Positions 1 through 10,103 are shown, counted from the first letter of the whole stretch. The stretch: 59,732 bases of DNA, filler included, from Stramenopiles sp. TOSAG23-3 (GCA_900128585.1; 12 parts of 12 records of this genome joined end to end with filler, not necessarily neighbours in it), one strand, 5' to 3'. The notes: generated by a model from the sequence alone, not told the origin. Numbers and translations are program-made.

Positions 1-1015
1 TATATTAACGGCAGAGCAGAGAGTTGTTGTTATTGTTGTTGTTATTGCTAGTTTTTCTATTACATTTAATAGTTAGAATTAAGACGTCGTCGTCTTCGTA
101 GTCTACGAACGAAGAAAGTACTGTAGATATAATATAATAGGGAAAATATAAAAAAATGTAATAAATTTTAGATAGAGAATTATATTTATCAATTACAATA
201 TAAATATAGGATATACAAGTACAACGAGGACAGTTTGTTAAATATTCAAAGTTCTGATGGTGTGAAATGTATATAAATAATAATACTTTTTATAATAAAT
301 AGGCTATAGGCTAGGCTTAATTTAAATTAAATTAAAAATTAAATAAATAGGCACAATATTTGATAGTCCTTCAGTGTATTTAAATTATAATTTAAATTAT
401 ACAAGAAATAATATTTATGAACTCTTATTTTCTTGGATTTATTTATTAAGCTTTTAAGAGAATGAATTCTTCCAGCCGGTTGCCGGTTGGGTCGGTCTTT
501 CTTATTTTATATAGTCTACAATAGTTGTTTAAGTACATGTATTTAGTAGTCTCTATTTAAACTGGTAAAATAATGAAATTTTAATGTAAAGTTAGGGTAG
601 GGTTAATTAGTCCTAATATTTATATAATGAATAGTTGTAGTTGTAGTTGTAAGGCAACGAACGAAACGAACGAGGAAGAAGCAATAAGTTCGAAAGAAAA
701 TATTTATAATTAAAAGAGGAGGAGGAGGTATGAAGGAAAGGAAAAAAAGGAATATAATTAATTAATTAATATATAAAAGAATAGGTCCGGTACGTACCCA
801 ACCAAGTATTAATTAATCAATCGAACTTTACATTACCAACCAACTTACTGAACATATATATACTATCTATATTAAATCACTCATTCATTGCATTGCAGAA
901 AGTAATGTGAAGAAGGACAGGCAGGAGAGAAAAAATGTGTTGAAACGTTCGTGTTTTTTTAGAGAAAGAGTAAGAGAGAGAGAGAGAGAACGACAAGCTT
1001 GGTTTCATAGAAGCC

Positions 1016-1654
1016 GTGTGGACACCTTTGTCCCACCCGGACGAGAAACGGCATGATCCTGGTAAAGTGCGGCAAATAATGGACCCGAAAGACCTAATTG
1101 GCAAGAGCTTCACGTACAAACTTCAACTCTTTTCGATGAAAAACCTTCGCATGAAGGTTTCTTCGTGTTATTGTCAATACAATTTTTTTGGCGAAACATT
1201 TACCACCGAGCGCATTGAAAATTTGGACACCGACAACCCGGCGTTGAAATATGAGTGCATCCATCACGTGGATAAGGTAACAAAAAACTTTCTCAACTAT
1301 TTGGCAATGGATACGCTGAAACTGAATATATTCGTCCAGCCTGTCGTGCAAAATAGTACTGCAGAGCCATTGTCTACGAAGAACAGAACCTTAGCTTCTA
1401 GCTTAGGGGCTTATTCAGTGGTGGGTGCTGAGAATTCTGAAAATGCAACGCTAAAGAAAAAGGTAATCCAGTTAGAAAAGCACAACAAGACCCTCATTAA
1501 ACTGGTAGAGGAAATGAGGTTTCTGTTACCAGACGAAGACGAAAGCAATGACACTTCCAGCGATGGTCGCAAGTCGCTTACTAGTAGGATTAAAGAACGC
1601 ATCGACACAGCCATTAAAGTCGACCGTGAGCTGAACAATACGAAAATAGTTTGA
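1016..1654 (+). CDS. Probable terminal exon of a kinesin-3 (KIF28-like) protein: C2-like tail domain plus coiled coil
   Basis: DPKDLIGKSFTYKLQ...YCQYNFFGETFTT...NPALKYECIHHVDKVTKNFLNYL resembles the KIF28/kinesin-3 tail. The ORF has a GTG start preceded by a possible acceptor (tttcatag, ~1010). No motor domain is visible. Confidence 0.5.
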   Translation: MWTPLSHPDEKRHDPGKVRQIMDPKDLIGKSFTYKLQLFSMKNLRMKVSSCYCQYNFFGETFTTERIENLDTDNPALKYECIHHVDKVTKNFLNYLAMDTLKLNIFVQPVVQNSTAEPLSTKNRTLASSLGAYSVVGAENSENATLKKKVIQLEKHNKTLIKLVEEMRFLLPDEDESNDTSSDGRKSLTSRIKERIDTAIKVDRELNNTKIV

Positions 1655-1836
1655 AGGTTTTGGGGAAGTTTTCAGTGTGCAAAAATGAACAGACATTTTG
1701 CGTGTGGAAATTTTGGGAAACTATCAAATCATACCTCACTTTAGGTAAGCATATTTTTTTACGTAAGGTGAGTTATTAATCAAAATCATATATATTGATA
1801 TCAATTTAAACATACTATAAAAAATTTGTTTTTTCT

Positions 1837-1937
1837 CAATTGGGATAATCTTGAGAGTCTTAAAACATACTAAAAAACAAGAAAATTGGCTGTTATTTTT
1901 TAAGTAATTAAATTTTTTAGCGTCCTCATACCCTAAT
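1837..1937 (+). repeat. Dispersed intergenic repeat copy (GAGAGTCTTAAAACATACTA family)
   Basis: 1837-1872 is the exact reverse complement of 40636-40671. The modules AACAAGAAAATTGGCTGTTATTT and TCCTCATACCCTAAT recur, inverted and in the same order, at about 24730-24829. Confidence 0.85.
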
Positions 1938-2186
1938 CCTAACTTGGTTCTATAGTTTTGTTTCATTGTTGGTTATATCATTAGTTTCATTTTTATATGA
2001 TATCATACCCTTTCCCGTATATATATTTTTTTGTTACCTATACTATATAATTTGTTTTTTTAATATTTTTTTCATAGTCTATCATTACATCATTACCCTT
2101 TCCCAAAAATTAAAAAATTTAAAAGAAAAATCGAGATATTTGTCAGCTGAGGCAAAGTTGTAACACAAACTAAAAACACGTTATTT

Positions 2187-4466
2187 TTATATGTTGAAGG
2201 TTGTTCTTTGACGTTTTTGCGGCCTGTCATTCGAGGGCCGGCCTGCACCCCTCGAAGATGGGCCTGCACCACTCGCGGACGGGCCTGCACCACTTGTGGA
2301 TGACTCTTGAAATGCTTCATGTTTCACACATACATCGTCCAGCGCGTAGAGTTTTGTGGCATAGTAGTTTACATTTTCATTCATCACCATTTCGAAATCT
2401 GGTGCCCAATACTCGTTGTCCCCGACAATGTTGCCACTTTCATCTCGCAATCTACCGTACTTTTGTTCGTGCCAATATTCTCCCCAGCCAACCTCAACCC
2501 TCCAACCTGGACCAGAGTCCTTCATCTTTGCACAGTCCGCGCACGAGCAAACTTCCCCCATTTTTCGAACGTCATCAACGACGTAGTGCTCATCGACCTT
2601 GTGTTGAAACACATCATGTATACTCCACGCATCGTCATTCTCTACGTCGGTGCCCCGGAACGACTCAATATCCGGGACCTGTTCTTTGAGAACATCGTCG
2701 TACGATCGAGACTTTGAAGCTTTTAATATGGTCAAACCGACCGCCGTGGCCATTTGCACAGGGACGGCATTGTTGACAGTCTTGTACTGCCGTTCAAGTT
2801 TTCCAGGGAAAATAACATAGTCTGGTATACCTTGCATGCGAGCGTGCTCTCGAACAGTGAGCAACCGTTTCCTATTATAGTGGACCATCTTCGTATTCCC
2901 ATAGCAAGTTGTACCAGGATATGCTTTATGAACCTGGTTTAGACAATGGTCTATTGGGTTAATTATATTCCCATCAACGTCCCGGCTGCAGTTTCTCGTC
3001 ACTGTTTGATGGTTCCAAACGACTGGAACGTACAGCTTTCCGTTCTCCGACCTGTGCTGCAGCCTTTTTATTTCAGCCTTTAATGCATTGCCTTCCATCG
3101 TTTCAAACACATGTTCCTGGCGCATTACACGCGCATACTCCGATGTCTTTTTCCCGTTCGGGTCAGACCTTTCCTTATAATATGGGCAAGCCAAGCTGTC
3201 CTTGCTTAAATCAAACGGCAGGTCCCCAATTGCATCTAACATTGTGACATACGGTTTCAAGCTATGTCCAAAACAACGAGGACCATGTGTCTTAACCGGG
3301 GGGTCGGGGAGGGTGTAGTCTTCCTTCGCCGCTATTATCACACAGCGTTTTCGCTCTTGTGGGGCCCCAAAATCTGCAGCATTCAGCATGTTCATGCTGA
3401 CTTGGTAGTCCATTGACAATAGTTGAAAAATAAGCTTTTGTACAGCACCATCTTTATTACCTGAAAGGTTCTTGGTAGTTATGTTAGGAACCATTTCCAC
3501 CACTATATATGTGGGATTTAAACACTTTACAAACCGTGGCGTTGTGTCCACGTAATGAAGTTGGTCATCAAGTTGTGAGTTGGGTAGTTGGCTTGCCCGA
3601 ATCGCCGCCATTGCATTCGCCCCCGAGAACGCTTGGCAAGGCGGCGAGCAATGCAAAACATCAAAGGATGTCATGTCCACCTTTACTTTTTTATTGCTCA
3701 TATATAGATCTTTTAGGTGGGTTGGGACATCCTCCAGCGATGCCAAATGCAGCTGAATTGTTTGGACAATATGTTCCCCCCGTTCTACAGCTTTTTCGAA
3801 CTCCTCCAAAACCTCAATGGCATCCCTTTGGATGACAGCGCAGTCCGGGTGGATTTTTTCATAAACACTTGAAGCATAATGGCAGCGTTCTAGCCCAACA
3901 CCAGAGAAAATGCCGGCTTTGCGTAAGCCCAAGGCGTTTCCTCCAGCTCCACAAAACAAATCAAAACTGTTCATTGTTGTTCCTGCTAGGTCTTTATTCT
4001 CATAATCGAAAATTGAGGGGAGCTTCAACCCTTCTAAACGAAGGAATTCTTTCGTTTCTTTCTTGCGGGGTTTTGTATACACACACGAGCCGCTAATTTG
4101 ATTTCTTATTACGAACCGACACCCTGCGACATGTTCTTTTTTAATATCAATCTCTGTTCCAATGACCAACGCAGCTTGATCCGTGTCGTTGGTGAGATCA
4201 GCTAAAGTAGAAAAGGTTTTTTTTTGGTCTAAGTTTAATAGTAACTGATCTTTCCCACTAATTTTTGGGAGAGGTCGTTGAATTGACCACACCGCATTGC
4301 CTGGGACCAGGCGATACCAAATTGTGTTAATAGTCGTTACTCTGTCCAGGTTTATATACACTTCGTACCCTTGATGATCCGCCTTTAATATTTTTCTGAT
4401 TGGCCTTCTTACCACAGTAAAAAAATCTTCACCGCCATCGGTTGCGGTTGATTCGTTCCCGCTCAT
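2187..4466 (-). CDS. C5 cytosine DNA methyltransferase (DNMT1/DIM-2/RID-like catalytic domain) with N-terminal extension and C-terminal chromo-like region
   Basis: Motif I DLFCGAGG, IV SPPCQAFS, VI EMV, VIII QERKR, IX LTVREHARMQGIPD, X YKTVNNAVP. First ATG at 4466; the frame is open to 4541. Confidence 0.9.
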   Translation of the reverse strand: MSGNESTATDGGEDFFTVVRRPIRKILKADHQGYEVYINLDRVTTINTIWYRLVPGNAVWSIQRPLPKISGKDQLLLNLDQKKTFSTLADLTNDTDQAALVIGTEIDIKKEHVAGCRFVIRNQISGSCVYTKPRKKETKEFLRLEGLKLPSIFDYENKDLAGTTMNSFDLFCGAGGNALGLRKAGIFSGVGLERCHYASSVYEKIHPDCAVIQRDAIEVLEEFEKAVERGEHIVQTIQLHLASLEDVPTHLKDLYMSNKKVKVDMTSFDVLHCSPPCQAFSGANAMAAIRASQLPNSQLDDQLHYVDTTPRFVKCLNPTYIVVEMVPNITTKNLSGNKDGAVQKLIFQLLSMDYQVSMNMLNAADFGAPQERKRCVIIAAKEDYTLPDPPVKTHGPRCFGHSLKPYVTMLDAIGDLPFDLSKDSLACPYYKERSDPNGKKTSEYARVMRQEHVFETMEGNALKAEIKRLQHRSENGKLYVPVVWNHQTVTRNCSRDVDGNIINPIDHCLNQVHKAYPGTTCYGNTKMVHYNRKRLLTVREHARMQGIPDYVIFPGKLERQYKTVNNAVPVQMATAVGLTILKASKSRSYDDVLKEQVPDIESFRGTDVENDDAWSIHDVFQHKVDEHYVVDDVRKMGEVCSCADCAKMKDSGPGWRVEVGWGEYWHEQKYGRLRDESGNIVGDNEYWAPDFEMVMNENVNYYATKLYALDDVCVKHEAFQESSTSGAGPSASGAGPSSRGAGRPSNDRPQKRQRTTFNI

Positions 4467-4828
4467 CTTTAAAGAGTGGGACGGAATGCTTTGTTTTCTC
4501 TCTCTTATATATAAATAAAACCACTCAGTAAAATTCTGCAAAAAGATCTTTTCGTGACTTGATTTAATTTGAAATCAATATACAAAAAGATCAATTAGTT
4601 TTCATTTCTTTTTTGTTAGGTAAGTAAGTAAAAAATATGAAAGAGTTTTCTTATTAATAATTATTATACTAAAAAATATAAAACAAACTAAAACAAAAAA
4701 ACAAATAAAACAACAACCTCGAACGCCAACTACGTACAGTATGATACGCGTATCATTATACCAATAATATTAGACCTATTATACATTTAGGAACAATGAA
4801 AGAGGAGGAAACAATTGATGAATTCTAT

Positions 4829-4914
4829 AAGAAAGAAGAAGAAAGAAGAAGAAAGAAGAAGAAGAAGAAAGAAGAAAGAAGAAGAAGAAGAAGAAAAAGA
4901 AGAAGAAGAAGAAA
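4829..4914 (+). repeat. (GAA)n-rich microsatellite at contig end
   Basis: Seen directly. Similar tracts at ~9690-9786, 49918-50180 and, as TTC, ~58960-59060. Confidence 0.95.
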
Positions 4915-5014
4915 NNNNNNNNNNNNNNNNNNNNNNNNNNNNNNNNNNNNNNNNNNNNTTAATTAATTAANNNNNNNNNNNNNNNNNNNNNNNNNNNNNN
5001 NNNNNNNNNNNNNN
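4915..5014. other. Artificial contig-joining spacer (N44-TTAATTAATTAA-N44). Identical spacers at 9925-10024, 14933-15032, 19932-20031, 24928-25027, 29922-30021, 34911-35010, 39882-39981, 44851-44950, 49818-49917, 54782-54881
   Basis: The same 100-bp linker, with stops in all six frames, recurs about every 5 kb and contig lengths decrease steadily. Internal scaffold gaps without the linker lie at 11436-11565, 12588-12599 and 16599-16664. Confidence 0.98.
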
Positions 5015-5383
5015 TCTGATCGATTGTCCTGAAGTCAGTATAAGTACATCATAAACCTTAACTATATCTCTGAATGACAGCTGTGAGTTTCTATAGAATG
5101 AGGATTCTTTGTGTTCTTTCACTTTCTTTCTTTGTGATTACAAATGATAATTTTAGATTCTGAAGAGGGAGAAAAAAGAAACGCCTTTGTAGGTTCTTAT
5201 GTACGTAATTAGGTAAATATTTAGATCGATAGGTTTACTATACCAATCGTATGCGGTTGGTTAGTGTTAATACACACAGAGCCACACACAAGAGAGAGAG
5301 GCGGGCAGGGAAAGGGGGGTAGTTGGTTATTGGTACCGTGTTGTTTAACTCTGTACGCCCACATACCCTGCCAATCTTGTTCT

Positions 5384-7432
5384 ATGGAAAACAACGTTAG
5401 CGCCGTCGTGTTAGCGCTCGCGGAGCGGGTCGCGGCCGTCGAGGCCAAACTTGTGGCGTACAAGTCGTCAACGGAGACCATGTTCCTTCTAAGGGCGTCC
5501 TACGGTATCTTCTTCATGCAGCTCGGGTTTTGTCTCTTGGAGGCGGGCTCGGTGAAGGCGAAAAACGTCAAGAGCATCCTGTTGAAAAATGTTCTCGACA
5601 CGCTGGTTACCGGCATCGTCTGGTATTTGTGGGGGGCGTACGCGTCCAACGCGTTCGCCGCCACGCCCCCGGAGGTCCCAACGATCGGGGGGAAACCCCA
5701 AAGCGCGGACGCCTTCGCAGCGTGGGCAATAACGTTTACGTTCGTCTCGTGCTCCGCCACCATCGTCAGCGGCGGGGCGGCCTCGCGGATGAAGACCGTC
5801 CCGCACATGTTTATCACCTTCATTGTGTCCGGGTGGGTGTACCCGGTGTACGCGTACTGGTTGTGGGGCGTGGATGGGTGGCTGCACGGCCTGGGGGCCC
5901 TGGACTACGCGGGGGGGAGCAGCGTTCACATGCTCGGGGGGGTCGGGGCCCTGGTCTGTTCCGCCGCCGTCGGGCCGCGGTACGGCAGGTTCATTCGCAG
6001 CCGTGGGGGGGTCGTGAGCATCCGGGACATGAAAGGGCACGACGCGGTTGCCAAGCTCACCGGGGTCCTCATCCTATGGTACGGTTGGCTGAGCTTCAAC
6101 GGGGGCTCGGTGGGGTACAAAGGGAATGACGCATACATGCAAGGGCTGGCAACGACCAACACGATCGTGTCCGGGAGCGTGGGTGGGATGGTCGCCCACC
6201 TTGCCAGGCTAACTTCCGGCGAAACGAGCCTGGCCGCGGTCGGGAACGGCATTTTGGCTGCCCTCGTCGGGATCACCCCGGCGTGCGGCTTTGTCCCCGT
6301 CTGGGCGGCGCTGGTCATTGGGTTGCTCAGCGCAGTAGCCGCGGAGAAGACGGCCGCGGTGCTCATGCAGTACAACATCGACGACCCCGTGGACGCGTTC
6401 GCGACGCACTTCCCGTCCGCGGTCATCGGGATCGTGTCCGTGGGCTTCTTCGCCGAGCCGGCGCGGACCGCCGAGTACGCCGACCTGCCGAACGGGTTCT
6501 ACGGGCTGTTCATGGGCGGGGGCTGGCGCCTGCTGGGGGTTCAGGTGCTGACGTGCGTGGTTGTGACGGCCTGGTCGCTCCAGCTCGCCGTTATCTTGTT
6601 CGTCTACAAGCGGGCCTCGCCCAAGCTCCCGGGCTGGGCGAAGCTGCGGTACACCAAGTCCGAAGAGAAGGGGGGCATCGACAGCAGGTTCCACGACGGG
6701 TACGCCTACCCAGACCAGATATTTGTGCCCGACGACGGGCGTCTCGCGACGGACCGGTTGACAAGGGTCCGCGGGGAGAAGAAGGCAGGTGAGAAGGCCT
6801 CCGCCGGGGGCACAAACTTCAACGACACCATACTAGAAATCCCCCCAGTGAACCTGTCGCTGGGGGGTAAGTTTTTTGTGCGCGGGGCAAACTCCAGCGA
6901 CGTGTCCTCCATCTTCGACGTCGTCAATGCGGCGTACGGAGTGGAGAAGGAAACCCCTGGTGACACGGACCCGGCCCGGGTCTCGTTTAAAGATGGCGCG
7001 ATGGAACGGTTTCAGACCCACGACGAGGTCAGGAGATTGATGACGGGCGGGAAGGCCAAAGGGTTCGTCGTCCTGGAAACCAGCGAGATCAAAGTGGTCG
7101 GCGTGGCGTTCGTGGAAGAGACAAAGAAGAAATCGGGCGCTTTCGTCCTCGGGCCGTTGGCCACCCACCCGGGCTTTCAGGGCGAGGGCGTATCCCGGAA
7201 ACTGGTGGGGGAGGTAGAAGCGCACTGCATTAAGAACGGGGGAAAGAGCCTCGAGGCTCGTGTGGTGAACTGGCGGACCGATTTGACGGAGTTCTACGCA
7301 AAGCTTGGGTTTTTAGAGGCTAGTTCAAAGGTCAAATTCCACGGCCACACGGTCCGGGAGGGAACGTACATGGTTCCCTTTCAGAAAAGTTTGAAAGACG
7401 GGAAAGTGTCCCCAAGGACGCAGTCGGACTGA
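5384..7432 (+). CDS. AMT: Ammonium transporter (Amt/Mep/Rh) fused to a C-terminal GNAT acetyltransferase
   Basis: Amt motifs FFMQLGFCLLEAG, LDYAGGSSVHMLGG, LWYGWLSFNGGS, DDPVDAFATH and EEKGGID..FHDGYAYP. GNAT motifs LGPLATHPGFQGEGVSRKLV and FYAKLGF. One continuous ORF; ATG at 5384. Confidence 0.93.
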   Translation: MENNVSAVVLALAERVAAVEAKLVAYKSSTETMFLLRASYGIFFMQLGFCLLEAGSVKAKNVKSILLKNVLDTLVTGIVWYLWGAYASNAFAATPPEVPTIGGKPQSADAFAAWAITFTFVSCSATIVSGGAASRMKTVPHMFITFIVSGWVYPVYAYWLWGVDGWLHGLGALDYAGGSSVHMLGGVGALVCSAAVGPRYGRFIRSRGGVVSIRDMKGHDAVAKLTGVLILWYGWLSFNGGSVGYKGNDAYMQGLATTNTIVSGSVGGMVAHLARLTSGETSLAAVGNGILAALVGITPACGFVPVWAALVIGLLSAVAAEKTAAVLMQYNIDDPVDAFATHFPSAVIGIVSVGFFAEPARTAEYADLPNGFYGLFMGGGWRLLGVQVLTCVVVTAWSLQLAVILFVYKRASPKLPGWAKLRYTKSEEKGGIDSRFHDGYAYPDQIFVPDDGRLATDRLTRVRGEKKAGEKASAGGTNFNDTILEIPPVNLSLGGKFFVRGANSSDVSSIFDVVNAAYGVEKETPGDTDPARVSFKDGAMERFQTHDEVRRLMTGGKAKGFVVLETSEIKVVGVAFVEETKKKSGAFVLGPLATHPGFQGEGVSRKLVGEVEAHCIKNGGKSLEARVVNWRTDLTEFYAKLGFLEASSKVKFHGHTVREGTYMVPFQKSLKDGKVSPRTQSD

Positions 7433-7686
7433 GAAACAGAAAAGGGGGGGGGGCAGGGTCGTTTCATAAATTTAACACACCTAAAAAATTGCATCATCAT
7501 ACATACACGTTTTGGTACGTAAAGAAGGAATAAAAAAATTGTTTTTAGTTAATCTAGAGATAATTTTTGTTTTTTTTTAGAGTTAATAGAGCAGGCACGC
7601 AGTGATGGAAAACACCCATTGCCGATCGCTGGCCTTTGCGGGGCCTGCCTCCCCCAAGGTTCCTGCGAGCTCCAGGTTACATCATC

Positions 7687-9453
7687 TCACGTCATCGGAA
7701 AAGGCTCGGCCTTGCCAGCGTTGGGGCCGTCGCTGTAAAACAGGAGCGGTCGGTAGCTCTCTGGGGCCCCCCGCACCACGTTCGTTTTCAAAAAGTGCTG
7801 GATCAGGTTCCCCTTTCCCTGTATCCTTCCATACTTTATGGCGCAGATCTTGTGCGACTTGAACTGGGACCAGTTCCGATTGTTGAACTCGGTGAAAAAC
7901 TGTGCCGTCGTCTTGCTGTTCAAGAAGTTAACAAAAGAGTACCCAATGTTGCACTTATTCTTGTAGTCCATGGGCAAGTAGAAAAAGTCGTAGCTCCCTT
8001 TGAAGGAGAGGTTGATCTCGTCCAGCAGCATTTGCTGCGTGTAGTTGTTCGGAATGTTCTGAATCATAATCGTGGTCCGTTGGTCCCGTCCCGAAAGGAT
8101 GGAGTCAATGTCCAGCTCGTACAGCTTTCCGGACCGCGGGTCCCGCCGACGGCGACTGTTGCCTTTCTCGGCCTTCTTCGATGCCGTGCTGCCGCCCGCG
8201 GGAAAACTGATCTGGGGTGTGAACACGTTTGCATGCGCGGACATGGCCGGGCGGTGCCCGTTGTCGTGCGGGACCGGGGCGCTGTCCCGGCCGCGCCCTC
8301 CTTGGAGCTGCGGCGCTCCCCCTGCTGCGCCCCCGGCGCCGGTCGTGGACGGGGCGGGAAACGTGGCCGCAGCGCTCCCGAAGGCCATTTGGAAGTCCAC
8401 GCTTTGCTTCATGATGTTATTCAAGAGCGTGTTTGCCGCCGCCATTCGACGCTGCGACTCCGCAATGTGCGCGATCCCTTCCCCGTTTGCCATCTCCGCG
8501 ATCAGCGTCGCTTGCAAGTCGAGCAGCATTTTCTGCTGCTGCCCCATGGTGGCCACGATCGCAGTTACAATTTCGCCCGGGGAGGAGCCCGGGGCGGCGG
8601 CGGTACCCGTGGGGGCAGGGGAGGGCGCGGCGCCCAGCGGCGAGGACCGTTCGTTCTGTTGGCCGTTTGCTTGCATGGAGGTGTGCGCCTCCGTGTACGG
8701 CGACGTGCTGTTGGCCCTCGGCTGGTTCTGTTGGCGCAGCTGCGGCGTGGGGGTCGCGGTCGTCGTCGCCGCCGCAGCGTCCTCGGCCAGCTTCCCCGAC
8801 GCCGGGTCGTAGGTCACAAAGGCGGTGATGGTGTTGCCGCCCAGCTTTGCCCCCCCTTTGTTCATTTTTTGAAGCGCGTCGTACGCTTCGCGAACGTCAA
8901 AAAATTCTGCCTGGGCTGCCTCTACGTCCACATCCCTTACGTTCCCGTACAATGAGCAGAACTGGAACAGCCGCTCCTTCGTGAACAGGGGGGGCAGGTT
9001 TCGCAGGGTGATGGTCCCCCGCACGGGGTACGGGTACTGCGGGAAAAATGAACTCGCCAGGCCGGCGTCGGCTTTCAAAATCAAAAATGTTATGGTGATG
9101 ACGCAGTTCTGCAGGGTTCTCCCGTTGAACCGCTTCCTCGTGTCCTCTGCGCTCCGTATGTCAAAAAAGTGGACGACGATGAGCCCCAGCCGCTTCCGTT
9201 CGGTCGTCACTATGGTGTGTATGTCCCCAAGCTGCGAAAACAGCGCTTTTATGTCGCTGTCCCTTATTTCCAAGGGCAAGTTCCGCACCGCCAAACTTCT
9301 GGACAGTTTCGAGCTGGACGTCTGCGGCCACGAGCCATCGCCCCGGGATAATGCTTTGTTGGACGCTGGAAACGTCGGCAAAGAACGTGAAAACGAGGAA
9401 CGACGGGACGACGACGACGATGGCGTTGCCGACCACACCGAGTCCCCGAACAT
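7687..9453 (-). CDS. mei2-like: Mei2-like RNA-binding protein (two N-terminal RRMs plus the Mei2-type RRM3)
   Basis: RTTIMIQNIPNNYTQQMLLDEI...YDFFYLPMDYKNKCNIGYSFVNF...KICAIKYGRIQGK. RRM1 SRSLAVRNLP...VHFFDIRSAE. Start uncertain (ATG 9453; frame open to 9486). Confidence 0.92.
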   Translation of the reverse strand: MFGDSVWSATPSSSSSRRSSFSRSLPTFPASNKALSRGDGSWPQTSSSKLSRSLAVRNLPLEIRDSDIKALFSQLGDIHTIVTTERKRLGLIVVHFFDIRSAEDTRKRFNGRTLQNCVITITFLILKADAGLASSFFPQYPYPVRGTITLRNLPPLFTKERLFQFCSLYGNVRDVDVEAAQAEFFDVREAYDALQKMNKGGAKLGGNTITAFVTYDPASGKLAEDAAAATTTATPTPQLRQQNQPRANSTSPYTEAHTSMQANGQQNERSSPLGAAPSPAPTGTAAAPGSSPGEIVTAIVATMGQQQKMLLDLQATLIAEMANGEGIAHIAESQRRMAAANTLLNNIMKQSVDFQMAFGSAAATFPAPSTTGAGGAAGGAPQLQGGRGRDSAPVPHDNGHRPAMSAHANVFTPQISFPAGGSTASKKAEKGNSRRRRDPRSGKLYELDIDSILSGRDQRTTIMIQNIPNNYTQQMLLDEINLSFKGSYDFFYLPMDYKNKCNIGYSFVNFLNSKTTAQFFTEFNNRNWSQFKSHKICAIKYGRIQGKGNLIQHFLKTNVVRGAPESYRPLLFYSDGPNAGKAEPFPMT

Positions 9454-9803
9454 CGAGGAACGAAACGCGTGCGTGGTACTGGCCAATATAGATATATCAA
9501 CGTGTGTGACAAAGAAAGAAGTGTGGGATGGATGGATGGATGGATGAAGATGTTTCTATTTATCTATGTATATGGTTCTATTAAACTTTCCTCTTGTTCT
9601 GGTATTTCCGTTTTCTGAAAACCTATCTCTTCTTCAATCTCTCTCTTACTTGTAACTTCTTTTGGAATCCTAGAAATTTGTAATTACCAAGAAGAAGAAG
9701 AGAAGAAGAACGGAAAGAAGAAGAAGAAGAAGAAGAAGGAAGAAGAAGACGGAAAGAAGAAAAAGAAGAAGAAGAAAAAGAAGAAAATCATTATATTATT
9801 TTT

Positions 9804-9849
<46 letters not shown>

Positions 9850-10024
9850 TATATTATTATTATTATTTGGTAATAATAATAAAAAAAGAGAAGATGACGA
9901 CAATACTACTATTATAATTGGGGGNNNNNNNNNNNNNNNNNNNNNNNNNNNNNNNNNNNNNNNNNNNNTTAATTAATTAANNNNNNNNNNNNNNNNNNNN
10001 NNNNNNNNNNNNNNNNNNNNNNNN

Positions 10025-10103
10025 AAAAATTTACCTTTTGTTATAATTAAGGTGTCGGCCCTTTCAACATTCATATTTCTCACTAATTAAAATATATCCT
10101 TCC
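10025..10103 (+). repeat. Left arm of a perfect 79-bp inverted repeat bounding contig 3
   Basis: Exact reverse complement of 14854-14932. Confidence 0.97.

Noticed and set aside
7636..8955. Long antisense or alternate-frame ORFs (also 25830-27443, 35206-36423, 45299-46564, 53448-54647, 10692-11780)
   Set aside because: Shadow ORFs of GC-rich or repetitive real genes; no recognisable motifs.
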